Positions 36,768 through 46,960 of a stretch of 64,000 bases of DNA are shown piece by piece. The DNA lies in the NCBI GenBank assembly GCA_040755995.1, contig JBFMAF010000023.1:96001-160000 (forward strand). The letters are read 5' to 3'. Numbering within the stretch: position 1 is the first letter of the stretch; the number at the start of each line of letters is the position of its first letter. A program made the position numbers and the translations under genes. The stretch comes from Acidobacteriota bacterium. GTDB taxonomy: Bacteria > Acidobacteriota > CAIWXX01. Under the pieces are notes generated by a model. The model worked only from the letters and a program-made list of their open reading frames with translations. It made no database searches and was not told where the DNA came from.

Positions 36768-37937
36768 ATGCAAGGAAGTAGTTCTTTCGTTCAGCGGACA
36801 CGGCTGCTGAGCCGGCTCTCCGTGGCGCTGGAAGAAAGCCCGATCTGTGCGTTGGTCGGGGCGAGGCAGACTGGCAAGACGACCTTGGCGAAGATGTACG
36901 CCAGTGGCCGCGAGGTATCTCACTATTTCGACCTGGAGACCGCGGCGGCGAAGGGAGCGATGGGGACGGCCGAGATCACGCTGGGAGAGCTCACCGGTCT
37001 TGTGGTGATCGATGAGATACAGCGGATGCCGGATCTGTTCCGCGTGCTCCGCCCACTTGCAGATCGTGATCCTCCGGCGGCCCGATTCCTCGTCCTGGGC
37101 AGCGCCTCCCCTGGACTGGTCAAAGGCGTCTCGGAGTCGCTTGCCGGGCGAGTGCAGTTCGTGCAGGTTCCCGGGTTCTCGCTGCTGGAAACCGGCCCGG
37201 GCAACCTCTCCAGGTTGTGGCTGCGAGGCGGATTTCCACGATCGTACCTTGCGTCGTCAGATCGGGCCAGTCTGCGCTGGCGCGACGCTTTCATCTCCAC
37301 CTTCCTCGAGCGTGACATCCCGCAGCTCGGAATCCGCGTACCAGGAGAGACGCTGCGACGATTCTGGAACATGCTCTGCCATTACCACGGCCAGATTTGG
37401 AATGCCTCCGATCTTGCGCGGTCGATGGGCATGAGTGAGAAGGCCGTCCGTCACTACGTCGACATCCTCGCCGGTGCCCATGTCGTGCGCATTCTCCCGC
37501 CGTGGCACGAGAACATAGGGAAGCGACAGACGAGGTCCCCCAAGGTTTATGTCCGGGACAGCGGACTCCTTCACGCCCTCCTTCGGATCGAGACGCTCGG
37601 CGACCTCAGGTCCCACCCGAAGCATGGAGCTTCGTGGGAAGGGTTCGCGATCGAGCAGGTCCTCTCGTGCGTCCCCGACCGCGAAGCGTACTTCTGGGGC
37701 ACTCACGCCGGCGCCGAGATCGACCTGCTTGTGATGAAAGGAGGGCGGCATTACGGCTTCGAGTTCAAGTGCACAGACGCGCCTTCGATGACGCGTTCAC
37801 TCCACGTCGTCTTGGAGGACTTGAAGCTCCACAGGGCCTGGGTGGTCTACCCGGGCGAGCTGTCCTATCCGATACACGAGAGAGTCCAAGCCATAGGTCT
37901 GGCGGCCCTGTTGGATTCGCTGGACAGCCTCACCTGA
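36768..37937 (+). CDS. AAA+ ATP-binding protein with DUF4143-like C-terminal domain
   Basis: GARQTGKTT Walker A, IDEIQR Walker B, ESLAGR, GGFP, DSGLLH, EIDL..FEFK. Confidence 0.9.
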   Translation: MQGSSSFVQRTRLLSRLSVALEESPICALVGARQTGKTTLAKMYASGREVSHYFDLETAAAKGAMGTAEITLGELTGLVVIDEIQRMPDLFRVLRPLADRDPPAARFLVLGSASPGLVKGVSESLAGRVQFVQVPGFSLLETGPGNLSRLWLRGGFPRSYLASSDRASLRWRDAFISTFLERDIPQLGIRVPGETLRRFWNMLCHYHGQIWNASDLARSMGMSEKAVRHYVDILAGAHVVRILPPWHENIGKRQTRSPKVYVRDSGLLHALLRIETLGDLRSHPKHGASWEGFAIEQVLSCVPDREAYFWGTHAGAEIDLLVMKGGRHYGFEFKCTDAPSMTRSLHVVLEDLKLHRAWVVYPGELSYPIHERVQAIGLAALLDSLDSLT

Positions 37938-38023
37938 TTTCAGATTTCAGATTGGGCAGTCGGCCGGCGTATCCGCCCGGCCACATCGCGCGCCGCCAAG
38001 TCTGATATCTGCAATCTGCAATC
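37938..38023. repeat. Right direct repeat with TTTCAGA/TCTGCAA heptamer arms
   Basis: TTTCAGA x2, the shared core, TCTGATA TCTGCAA TCTGCAA. Confidence 0.9.
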
Positions 38024-38028
38024 TCCTG

Positions 38029-38718
38029 CTATTCTCGATAAAGCTTCCTGAACCTCAGCAGCGCATCCGGATTGAGGATGTACGGTTCCAGCAGCTGCGG
38101 CTTCTCTCCTGTCTTGTCCCATGCGGTCGCAAGCGACGGGATCTGGTCGGGGGAGTCGGACATCGTGCGGCCCGTGACCTCTTGTGCGAAGCGGCGGTCG
38201 CCGGGAGGCAGAAACGGATACTGGCTGAGGAGGTACTTCGCAACGGCGAGGAGCTTCGACTGGTCGCGGGGGTCTCGGGCGAGCGCTTCGCGAAAGGCCT
38301 GAATCGCCTGTGTCCTGTACGGGGTGATCGGGAACCCGTACGCGAGGTACGCGCGCGCCAGGTCGAAGTAGATGTCGCTCTCGCGAGGCTCCATCTCTGC
38401 CGCCCTCTTCAGCTCCGCGATCGCCTCCCCGAGCCTCGCGTCACGCTGTGCCGCGTCTCCCTCCTGGTGTCGCTTGAAAGCCTCGTCCAGAAACAGCCTG
38501 CCGCGCGAGTGGTGCATCTCCCATGTCGCGCCAAGCGCGATGGCGTTGTCGAGCGCGCGCAGGCGCGCGTCGAACGATCGCGTCACCACGTGCATCTCGG
38601 GCGAGGTCTGGGAGCTATAGTAGTATCGCTGCGCCAACGTCTGGGCAGACTCGTAGGCGGCGAGGAACAAGAGCAGGATCGCCAGTGCGACCCGACCCGC
38701 TTTCCCGGCCATGCTCAC
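38029..38718 (-). CDS. TPR-like exported protein
   Basis: N-terminal hydrophobic helix; helical repeats (AIAELKRAAEMEP, AFREALARDP). Confidence 0.65.
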   Translation of the reverse strand: MSMAGKAGRVALAILLLFLAAYESAQTLAQRYYYSSQTSPEMHVVTRSFDARLRALDNAIALGATWEMHHSRGRLFLDEAFKRHQEGDAAQRDARLGEAIAELKRAAEMEPRESDIYFDLARAYLAYGFPITPYRTQAIQAFREALARDPRDQSKLLAVAKYLLSQYPFLPPGDRRFAQEVTGRTMSDSPDQIPSLATAWDKTGEKPQLLEPYILNPDALLRFRKLYRE

Positions 38719-39536
38719 GCCTCGCCGTCAGCCTCTCCGCGCTGGCCGCGCTTCTTCAGAAACGATGGGATGGGGATACCGAGGCGCCGGGCCGGTTTCG
38801 GCTCGATCGGCTCGCCGAGATCCGGGACGGCTTCATCTTGAAGTATGGCTCGCGGCACGTCCTCGACCATCATCCGAGCCACATCCTCGTCTATGATCGT
38901 GGAGGCGGCCCGGAGTCCCTTCGACAGGACCGGCTCGCGGCGGTTCAGGCTGTGCGTGTCGCTCGCGATTAGGTGCACCCAGCGCTGCTCGAGGAATTGC
39001 GTCACGGCGTCCTTCGCCTGCGGCCCGAACGCCCCGGTGATGCTCTGCGCCGTCACCTGCGCGAGCGCGCCCAGCCGGACCAGCTCGAACAGGCGCCGCG
39101 GCCGCTGCTGAAACGCCGTATTGCGCTCGGGGTGCGCGATGATCGGCGTGAAGCCTGCGAGCTGCATCTGGTAGATCATGTCGCGGACCTGCGGAGGAAT
39201 CGAGTTCTCGGCGAACTCCACGAGCACGTAGCTGCTGCCGCCCAGCCTGACGGCTGGGTGCTCGCGCGCGATATCCACGATGTTGTGCACCGCGAAGACC
39301 TCGGCGCCGCGATGAAACCGCAGCCCCGTCGATTGTGCCTTCTCCAGGAACTCGGCGCAGCGCTCGTCGAGGAGCTGCAGGTCGTCGCCGTGCAGAGTGG
39401 CTCGATGCAGGTGCGGCGTGAGCACCACCTCCCTGATGCCGTCCGCCCTTGCCTTCTCGCACATCTTCAGCGAGTCTTCCATCGTGCGAGCCCCGTCGTC
39501 CCAGTCCGGAATGTAATGTGTATGGAGGTCGATCAT
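38715..39536 (-). CDS. CpsB/CapC family PHP tyrosine phosphatase
   Basis: MIDLHTH, DDG, TPH, AHPERN, ASDTH. Confidence 0.93.
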   Translation of the reverse strand: MIDLHTHYIPDWDDGARTMEDSLKMCEKARADGIREVVLTPHLHRATLHGDDLQLLDERCAEFLEKAQSTGLRFHRGAEVFAVHNIVDIAREHPAVRLGGSSYVLVEFAENSIPPQVRDMIYQMQLAGFTPIIAHPERNTAFQQRPRRLFELVRLGALAQVTAQSITGAFGPQAKDAVTQFLEQRWVHLIASDTHSLNRREPVLSKGLRAASTIIDEDVARMMVEDVPRAILQDEAVPDLGEPIEPKPARRLGIPIPSFLKKRGQRGEADGEA

Positions 39537-40888
39537 CGTCTCTTGTATCGCACTGCGGCAAACCCCATGCAGTATAGTATCAGGAACGTGAAGGCGTTGG
39601 CGGGAATCGACAGGGCGAAGTCGGTGAGCCCGTGGAGGTACATCGCAAAGATGCCGACGAGGCAGCCGGCGCCGATGCCGCGCGCGAAAGGGTGATGCCG
39701 CTCTCTCCATCGGCCGTAGAGCCGTGCGGTGAAGTAGAAAGCGAGCACGAGCCAGAGCGCCAGCCCCATCAGCCCGTACTCCACGGCGATCTGAATATAC
39801 ACCTGGTGCGCGAAGTCCATCCGGGCGCCCGCGTCGGTCCGCTCGAATCTTGGGTAAATCGACCCCATCACCCCCGGACCGACCCCGAACCACGGGTACT
39901 CGCGCACGATCTCGATGCTCGTCCTCCATATGTCGACGCGCGACTCCAGGCTGCGGTCACGCGTCGCGCGCACGAACTTGGAGTACAACGGATCGTAGCT
40001 CACCCAGAGCCCCGCGAGACAGAAGAGCACCAGGAAGCCGGCGACCCACCGCCGCGCTGCCGGCGCGCTCCTGGAAGAGCCGCCCAGGGCGGTGATAATG
40101 AAAAGGCTCGCGAGCAGCACGATGAACCCCGAGCGGCATTTCGAAAAGACGATTCCCAGCGCCATGATCAGGGCAGCCAGGACATAGAGGATCGATTTCT
40201 GGAAGCTCTCCTGGCTGAATGCGATGATCTTTTCCTTGAGAGTCTCGAACTGCTCGACCCCCGGCCGGCGCGACACGATCATGCCGATGCACAATGGGAG
40301 CGCCATTTCGAGATAGGCGGAGAAATGGTCGGGATTGACGAACGATCCGAATGCCACGTCCTTGTTGCGCAGGTTCGGCACGCCGAAGATCGCGTTGGCC
40401 TTCGAGAAGAACTGCGTCAGGCCGTAAATGGCCTGGAAGCAGCCGGAAGCGATGAGGAGGTTCGCCGAGGCGACGATTCGCCCGCGGTGGCCGTCGAGCA
40501 ACGCGAACGCGACGATCGCCAGCAGCGTCGACTCGACGATCTCGATGAGCGCGTCGCCGGCGGGGCCGGGATTCAGAGGATGCGGGCGGGCGCCGGCCGG
40601 CTGGAGGAAGATCCTGACCGCGAGTATGACCATCAATCCGAAGAGCGGCAGGAGCCAGAGGAGAGCGCGCGGCGCCGGCCGCTCCAGGCGCTCCCCCAGC
40701 CTCGCCTCGGGCGACGAGAACCACGCGGCCGCCAGGATGACGATCAGAAGCCGCATCGCGTGGCGCGCCCAGCTGTGCATCGCGGCGAACGGCAGCGGGT
40801 AGAGCGGTATCAGGAGCGCGAGAAGGACCAGAGCCAGAAGGGTCGCGGGGAGAAGATCCGGATCCCTGTGCCCGTGTCGCCTGCGCAT
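39533..40888 (-). CDS. O-antigen ligase family protein
   Basis: GSFVNPDHF, SKCRSG, PWFGVGPG, FAHQVYIQ, LHGLTDF. Confidence 0.88.
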   Translation of the reverse strand: MRRRHGHRDPDLLPATLLALVLLALLIPLYPLPFAAMHSWARHAMRLLIVILAAAWFSSPEARLGERLERPAPRALLWLLPLFGLMVILAVRIFLQPAGARPHPLNPGPAGDALIEIVESTLLAIVAFALLDGHRGRIVASANLLIASGCFQAIYGLTQFFSKANAIFGVPNLRNKDVAFGSFVNPDHFSAYLEMALPLCIGMIVSRRPGVEQFETLKEKIIAFSQESFQKSILYVLAALIMALGIVFSKCRSGFIVLLASLFIITALGGSSRSAPAARRWVAGFLVLFCLAGLWVSYDPLYSKFVRATRDRSLESRVDIWRTSIEIVREYPWFGVGPGVMGSIYPRFERTDAGARMDFAHQVYIQIAVEYGLMGLALWLVLAFYFTARLYGRWRERHHPFARGIGAGCLVGIFAMYLHGLTDFALSIPANAFTFLILYCMGFAAVRYKRR

Positions 40889-41144
40889 GATCTATCCCCG
40901 GAGACTCTGAAGCTCGCGATCTGTTTCTTCCTTCGCCGTCGGAAGTATCTGCTGCGACAGGCGACCGGCGCGGAGACGCGGTGAGGCGGCGCCACGGAGA
41001 AGCGGCAGGACCCCGTACACTGCGCATCCGTGTCGCCGCGTCACCGCGCCCGATCCCGACTTTACGTTCACGACTGCCAACCCCCGGAGTATGGGATTTC
41101 CCGATGGTATTATCATCGAGCGGGATAGCCGCGAAATCGGGACG

Positions 41145-42152
41145 TCAGAAGAGGCTCTCGGGAACGTAGACGACGTATCCGTCTTCCATCGGGACATCCT
41201 GGCGCTTCCCCTTGAGGATGTCATTCAGGTTGACCGTGACCTTCACTTCACGGCCCAGCTCGTCCTTCTTCTTGATGGTGATTCCCGACTTCGACGCGCG
41301 ATCGGTGGTACCGCCGGCCTGGGCGATCGCCTGAAGCAGCGTGATGCCTTTGGATTTTTTCACCTGGAGCGCGCCGGGGTTCCGGACCTGGCCGAACACG
41401 TAGATGGTGATCGGCTTGTCGATCGGCACGTTCACGACGTCGTTCGGGTAGAGAGGAACATTCAGCCTGGTGTTGCCTTCGACCAGAAGCTTCTCGAGAT
41501 CCACGTCGAGGCGGGCCGACAGCCCCGACCTGGACTCGCGCAGGATGAACAGCTCGGTGCCCGCGCTCTCCGTCAGGCCGCCGGCCTGCGACAGGATCTG
41601 GATCACGGTCTGGCGCCCCAGCAGCTCGTAGGTGCCCGGGTTCTTGACGGCGCCCACCACGGCCACCCGCCTGCTCTGATACTCCTTGATGAAGACGGTG
41701 ACCTGGGCGTTCTTGAGATAGCGCGCTTCGAGCAGAGTCGAGAGTTTTTCCTCGACCACTCCCTTGGTCAGACCCGCCACAACCACCTGTCCCAGAAGCG
41801 GAAGGCTGATCGTGCCGTCTTCGGAAACGCGAGTGGTGGTGTTCAGCTCATCCAGCCCGAATACCCTGATCTCCAGAAGGTCCTTCGCGCCGATCTTGTA
41901 TTCCTCAAAGAATTTCTGAAGATCGCCTGCCTGCGCCTGCGCGGACGGCACGGTCCAACCCAACGACAGAACGGCCAGGACGCAGCCGCAAATGAATGCC
42001 GATCGAACGAGATGCGAAACCGTCGCAGGGGCGCGCTCGGCGAGAAACGACGCCGATCGCACCCGGCCTGACGATGCAATCCGCAGGGATTCGTTCACGT
42101 TCACGAGCGCCGGGATGCCGCCGGATTCGGTGATCGAGTGTGTGTGTGACAT
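41145..42152 (-). CDS. Polysaccharide export protein (Wza-like, SLBB domains)
   Basis: YKIGAKDLLEI, DGTISLPLLG, GAVKNPG, GQVRNPG; true start probably internal. Confidence 0.9.
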   Translation of the reverse strand: MSHTHSITESGGIPALVNVNESLRIASSGRVRSASFLAERAPATVSHLVRSAFICGCVLAVLSLGWTVPSAQAQAGDLQKFFEEYKIGAKDLLEIRVFGLDELNTTTRVSEDGTISLPLLGQVVVAGLTKGVVEEKLSTLLEARYLKNAQVTVFIKEYQSRRVAVVGAVKNPGTYELLGRQTVIQILSQAGGLTESAGTELFILRESRSGLSARLDVDLEKLLVEGNTRLNVPLYPNDVVNVPIDKPITIYVFGQVRNPGALQVKKSKGITLLQAIAQAGGTTDRASKSGITIKKKDELGREVKVTVNLNDILKGKRQDVPMEDGYVVYVPESLF

Positions 42153-42159
42153 GGTGCGA

Positions 42160-43497
42160 TCACCGCGGCTGGCGCGCCGCCAAGGCTTGCACGCACTGAT
42201 CCAAGAGCCGCTGTGCGTCCTTGTAGCTCGGGTCGGTACGGACTATCTTCTCGAGCTCGTTCTTTGCCAGATCGTATCGCTTCTGCTGCATGTATATCTT
42301 GCCGGTCTGATACTGCACCTCGACGACGGAGGATTTCAACCCCTCGACCTTGCGCAGGGCCGCGAGAGCCTTGGCCGGCTCGCCGCTCTGCGCCCACAGG
42401 TCTGCCGCTCGCAAGTAGAGCTCGACCTTGTCGGGCTGAACAGCCATGCAGGCCTCCATCTGCTCGGCCGCCGTCTTGTACTGCTTCAGGTCTGCATAGA
42501 CGCCGCTGAGCGCAATGAGAACGCGGGGCTCGCACGGATCGAGCTTCAGCGCCTGCTTCAGCGTCTCGACCCGCGCGTCCGGCGCGCTCTGGGCCATCGC
42601 TTCTTCGTAGAGCTGCATCGCCCGGTCATGCTGTGCCGACATCGCCGTCACGGCCCGGTCGGCCTTCTGCTTGAGGTCCATGTAGTCGGGGTTGAGCTGG
42701 AGCCCGTTGGTGAGCGCAGTCCGAGCCTGCGGCAGCTGTTTCAGCTCCATGTAGGCCGACCCGAGCCAGTACCATCCCTCCACGTCCTTCGGTTCGATCT
42801 CCACGGCCCGCCTGAAATCTGCGGCGGCCTCTTCGATCTCATGCCGATCGAAGTTCAGCCTGCCGAGCTCCAGCCAGGCCTCCGCGTTCTTCGGATCGCG
42901 CTTGAGTAGATCTTCGAGGACCTCTCGAGCATCCTTGAGCTTGCCCTGCTGTCGCAGACGGTCGCTCAGCAGGAAGTAGTTAGCGGCGACTGACGGATTG
43001 GCCTTGATCGTTCTGCGCAGAACGTCGATCTCCGATCCCAGATCGGCGCTCGGTCGTAGTGCCGAGGCCGCCGGCGCTTTCGGTTTCTCACCCTCGACGG
43101 GCCCCTGGTCATACAGCCGCGCGACGGTCTGGTATGACTGAAGAAGCGACGCCGGGAAGCCGGGAGGTTTCATCAGGGCCTCGGCCTTGAGCGATGTGAC
43201 CTCGTAAACGTAGCGCCTGGCCTGCTCGGGCATCTTGAGGTCGTGGTAAATGACGGCGAGATACGCATAGCAGGTGACGAGCCTGGCTCGATCGTCCAGG
43301 AGCCCGAAGGCCGCCACCCTGAAGCACTCCACGGCGCCGGCCATGTCGCCGCTGCGATAGAAGAAGAGCCCTTCATCCAATTGCTTCAGGTAGAAAGGAT
43401 CGATCGTCTCGAGCTCGGCTCCGGTCGCCAGGCCCGGGCTCAGAAAGGCGAAGACCAGGACGACCGCCGCCGGTAGAAGCGCTCTCGCACTCATCAT
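42160..43497 (-). CDS. Tetratricopeptide repeat protein
   Basis: Signal peptide and several TPR units (AWLELG, GWYWLG). Confidence 0.85.
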   Translation of the reverse strand: MMSARALLPAAVVLVFAFLSPGLATGAELETIDPFYLKQLDEGLFFYRSGDMAGAVECFRVAAFGLLDDRARLVTCYAYLAVIYHDLKMPEQARRYVYEVTSLKAEALMKPPGFPASLLQSYQTVARLYDQGPVEGEKPKAPAASALRPSADLGSEIDVLRRTIKANPSVAANYFLLSDRLRQQGKLKDAREVLEDLLKRDPKNAEAWLELGRLNFDRHEIEEAAADFRRAVEIEPKDVEGWYWLGSAYMELKQLPQARTALTNGLQLNPDYMDLKQKADRAVTAMSAQHDRAMQLYEEAMAQSAPDARVETLKQALKLDPCEPRVLIALSGVYADLKQYKTAAEQMEACMAVQPDKVELYLRAADLWAQSGEPAKALAALRKVEGLKSSVVEVQYQTGKIYMQQKRYDLAKNELEKIVRTDPSYKDAQRLLDQCVQALAARQPR

Positions 43498-43653
43498 AGA
43501 AGCCCTATACTACCGCATCTTCAGCCACATAGAAACGGCAAAGTGCAGTCGTTATAGTCGCTATCCGGCGTTCTGGACTGTGCCCGAGACGAGGATTCGC
43601 ACAAACGCCGTGATGCATCGGTGCCGGCCGTCAGAGAGAGTCCGTCTACAGCG

Positions 43654-44838
43654 TCATGCTCCCTTTGCATCCAGCTCCCTGTGCCTGGCCGCAATCGTAT
43701 CGGCGAGCGCAGAGAGGGCCGCATAATCGGCATCGGCCGGCAGTCCCCTGCAGAGCACCGGATCAAGCATCTCCGCCTTCACGCCCGACATGAGCTGCTT
43801 GAGCTGATCGACCGCGTGGCCCCCCCAGCCGTAGGAGCCGATGATCGCGAGGTACTTCGTCTTGGGCTTGAGCTGGTTGACGGTGAACGCCGCGGAAGCT
43901 ATGTTCGGGTGGGGCCCGCCCAGCACGGTGGGAGTGGCAATCACGAGCGTCGCCGCGTCGGCCAACGCCGTCATGACCTTCCCGATGTCGGCGCTGCTCA
44001 TGTCGAACGGCTGCACATCCACCCCGCGGTGTACCAGCTCTCCAACAAGATGTTCTACCATCTTCTGGGTGCTGCCGTGCATGGAGATCGAAAGCAGCAA
44101 CACGAGGTTCTTCGGTCCCCCCACCGCCCAATCGCGATAGGCGGCCATGATCGCCGCCGGCTGGTCGTAGACCGGCCCGTGGCTCGTGGCGATCCACTTG
44201 ATCTCCAGCCGCGAGAGCTTCTCCAGATGGCGGGCGATCTGGCTCGCGAACGGCATCATGATTTCGGCGTAGTACCGCTTCGCCTCCTCGATCACACACT
44301 CCCTGCCACCCGCGAACAGATCGCTGCTCGCCAGGTGCGCCGCGAACATGTCGCACGAGAACAGCCCGCGGTCTTCCTCCACGTACGTGCACATCGTCTC
44401 GGGCCAGTGCACCCACGGAGTGAAGATGAAACGTAGCGTCTTGCTGCCGAGGGAAACCGTCTTCCCGTCTTCGACCGTCATCACCCGCTCCGCGTCGATC
44501 GCCAGATGCTCGACCAGCATCGACCTGGCCTTGGCCGTGCACAAGACCTTGGCATTCGGGTAGCGATCCAGCACAAACGGCAGCGATCCCGAGTGATCCT
44601 GCTCGACGTGATTGATGACGACGTAGTCCAGGTTCGGCACTTCGCGCAGATTGCTGCGCAGCTCGTCCCATCGCGACGGGTCGACCGTGTCGATGAGCGC
44701 CGTCTTCTCGCTGCCTCGCACCAGGTAGCAGTTGTAGCTCGTCCCGTCTGGCAGCGGCACGAATCCATCGAACAGGCGCCTATCCCAGTCGATCGCACCA
44801 AGCCAGTAGATGTCATCCGTGACCCGTCTCATTCTCAT
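43654..44838 (-). CDS. fprA: FprA family flavodiiron protein
   Basis: GTSYNCY, NHVEQDHSG, HWPET, SHGP, flavodoxin SMHGST and GSYGWG. Confidence 0.92.
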   Translation of the reverse strand: MRMRRVTDDIYWLGAIDWDRRLFDGFVPLPDGTSYNCYLVRGSEKTALIDTVDPSRWDELRSNLREVPNLDYVVINHVEQDHSGSLPFVLDRYPNAKVLCTAKARSMLVEHLAIDAERVMTVEDGKTVSLGSKTLRFIFTPWVHWPETMCTYVEEDRGLFSCDMFAAHLASSDLFAGGRECVIEEAKRYYAEIMMPFASQIARHLEKLSRLEIKWIATSHGPVYDQPAAIMAAYRDWAVGGPKNLVLLLSISMHGSTQKMVEHLVGELVHRGVDVQPFDMSSADIGKVMTALADAATLVIATPTVLGGPHPNIASAAFTVNQLKPKTKYLAIIGSYGWGGHAVDQLKQLMSGVKAEMLDPVLCRGLPADADYAALSALADTIAARHRELDAKGA

Positions 44839-45095
44839 GATGAAAGCTCCTCGATTCCAGTAGAAACCGCCGATCCTCGCGGCGATCGGCTAGAACGTGA
44901 ATCGTGCATCACACCGATAGCATAGCAGCAGGATGGGCTGAATTGAACTGAGTGTCGATCTTCCCGTTTGTTTCAGAATCGCCCGCGAGGCAAGATTAAG
45001 AGCCCGAGGTGCAGAGGTGTTAACACGGGCTGGACGACGGACCGGCGGTGGGCGGTTCAGGGCGGCGTCGCTTTGTGCTACACTTCGATTCCGCC

Positions 45096-46619
45096 ATGGT
45101 CGATGCGATCATATCCAACTGGCAGCAGGGCATCGTTCTGCCGCTGCTGGTTCTGGCGCTGACGCTGATTCTTGGTCGAATCCTGGCCTCGCGCAGGCAG
45201 AAACCGGCTGGGATTGCTCTGTACATCTTCGCCTTCGCGCTTTCGTTGCAGCTCGGCCTGGTGGTGCCGCTCTCGCAAGCTGCGGGCTACGCCGAGTCCA
45301 CCTGGTGGAAGGCGCTTACCACGGTGACCATCATGAGCGGAGCGCTGGTGCTGGTGCAGATCGTCTCCTTCGCCCTTTACGACAACTACCTCCCGCTCAA
45401 GCGCCGCGTCAAGGTGCCGCGCCTCATGCACGACCTGACCACCGTCGTGGTCCTGATCATCGTGATTGCGACCGTGATGAAGGTGGAGTTCAACCTGTCG
45501 CTGACTACGATCCTCACTACGTCCACGATTCTCGCGGCCATCATCGGCCTTGCGCTGCAGGAACTGCTCGCCAACCTGATCGCCGGCATCGCGCTGCAGT
45601 TCGAGAAGCCGTTCCAGGTCGGAGACTGGGTGAACGTGGACGGGAAGGAGGGGGAGGTGGTGGAGATGAGCTGGCGGGCGACCCGCCTTCTCACGCTGGA
45701 CGGGACCACCATCGTCGTCCCGAACGGATCCATCGCCAAGGGCCAGATCGTCAACTACTACGCGCCGAATCGTGCCCATGCACTGACGGCGACCGTCGGT
45801 GTGGAATACGGCAATCCGCCGAACCGGGTCAAGGCGTGCCTGCAGGAGGCGGTGCAGCGGTGCCCGCTGGTATTGCGCGCCCCCGCCCCTCAAATCCGCC
45901 TTGTCAACTATGGAGATTCCTCCATTGTCTACGAGGTCAGGTACTGGATCGAGGATCGTGAGAGGCTGCTCGATATCAAGGACGCTGTGATGACCGCGAT
46001 CTGGTACGGCCTGCGGCGGGAGCGGATCGGGATTCCTTTCCCGATTCGCACGGTATACATGCATCCGGCGAAGGGTACGGAGGAGCGGGCGCAGGAGCAC
46101 CGGGAGAACCTCGCCGAGATGTTGACGAGGGTGCCGCTGTTCGAGCATCTCAGGCCGGAGGAGCTGGCGGCGCTGGCCGGCCGTGCCCATCTGCTGCACT
46201 TCGGAAGCGGCGAGGCGATCGTGCAGAGCGGCGCTACCGACACAGCGCTCTATGTAATCGAGAAGGGGACGGCCGGCGTCGAGGTGACGAAGAATGATCA
46301 GGCGTTCATGCTCGAGGTGACGCTGGCCGCCGGCGATTATTTCGGCGAGATGGCGCTGCTCACCGGTGAGCCGCGAACGGCCACGATACGCGCGAGGGAG
46401 GATCTGGAGCTCGTGCGGATCGACAAGGACGACATAGCCCCGATCCTGGCCGCGAACCCGCAGCTCATCCTGGAGATGTCAAGGGTCCTGGCTCAAAGAC
46501 AGCTCCACACGCGCGGGTTTCTTGACGAGCAGGTCGTGTCAGTCGCCACCGAAGAGGAAGCACGCACGCGCGCCATGAAGATCATGGGCGCAATCAGAGG
46601 CTTTTTCGCGCTGAAGTAG
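45096..46619 (+). CDS. MscS mechanosensitive channel with C-terminal cyclic-nucleotide-binding domain
   Basis: GLALQE, PFQVGDW, IPFP; FGEMALLTGEPRTATIRA. Confidence 0.92.
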   Translation: MVDAIISNWQQGIVLPLLVLALTLILGRILASRRQKPAGIALYIFAFALSLQLGLVVPLSQAAGYAESTWWKALTTVTIMSGALVLVQIVSFALYDNYLPLKRRVKVPRLMHDLTTVVVLIIVIATVMKVEFNLSLTTILTTSTILAAIIGLALQELLANLIAGIALQFEKPFQVGDWVNVDGKEGEVVEMSWRATRLLTLDGTTIVVPNGSIAKGQIVNYYAPNRAHALTATVGVEYGNPPNRVKACLQEAVQRCPLVLRAPAPQIRLVNYGDSSIVYEVRYWIEDRERLLDIKDAVMTAIWYGLRRERIGIPFPIRTVYMHPAKGTEERAQEHRENLAEMLTRVPLFEHLRPEELAALAGRAHLLHFGSGEAIVQSGATDTALYVIEKGTAGVEVTKNDQAFMLEVTLAAGDYFGEMALLTGEPRTATIRAREDLELVRIDKDDIAPILAANPQLILEMSRVLAQRQLHTRGFLDEQVVSVATEEEARTRAMKIMGAIRGFFALK

Positions 46620-46705
46620 GCTCGTAGCGGGATCGGTTGACTGCGTTATCCCCGCATCTCTCGCCAAAGGCCTCTGGTTCTCTATTTGAGGACGGCGCGA
46701 TTGAG

Positions 46706-46754
46706 TGGTGGGCGGTACAGGGTTCGAACCTGTGGCCCCCGGCGTGTAAGACCA
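46706..46754 (-). repeat. att site: duplicated 3' 49 nt of tRNA-Val
   Basis: TGGTGGGCGGTACAGGGTTCGAACCTGTGGCCCCCGGCGTGTAAGACCA identical to 53596-53644. Confidence 0.95.
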
Positions 46755-46960
46755 AGCCCAAGCCCCCCTCCCGTGTACTGTCTGGTTCAATCTGTTTCAT
46801 TCTGTTTGGTTCGATGCCGCGGTGAGTGAAGTCTGTTTCGGTCTGCTACAGGATGGTTGCTAGACACTGACTATACAGAGCGGCTCGCGTCATCGGCTCC
46901 GGTGCGCCGGGGAGCATCGGCGGTAGTGCTCGCGCCGTGAAAGCGGGCGGAGGGAACATC

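Noticed and set aside
46706..46754. Second tRNA gene
   Set aside because: Only the 3' 49 nt are present with no D-arm; it is the att duplication
46919..46930. ops/JUMPstart element (GGCGGTAG)
   Set aside because: Lacks the following nnTG and is not at the head of the polysaccharide operon; likely chance in GC-rich DNA
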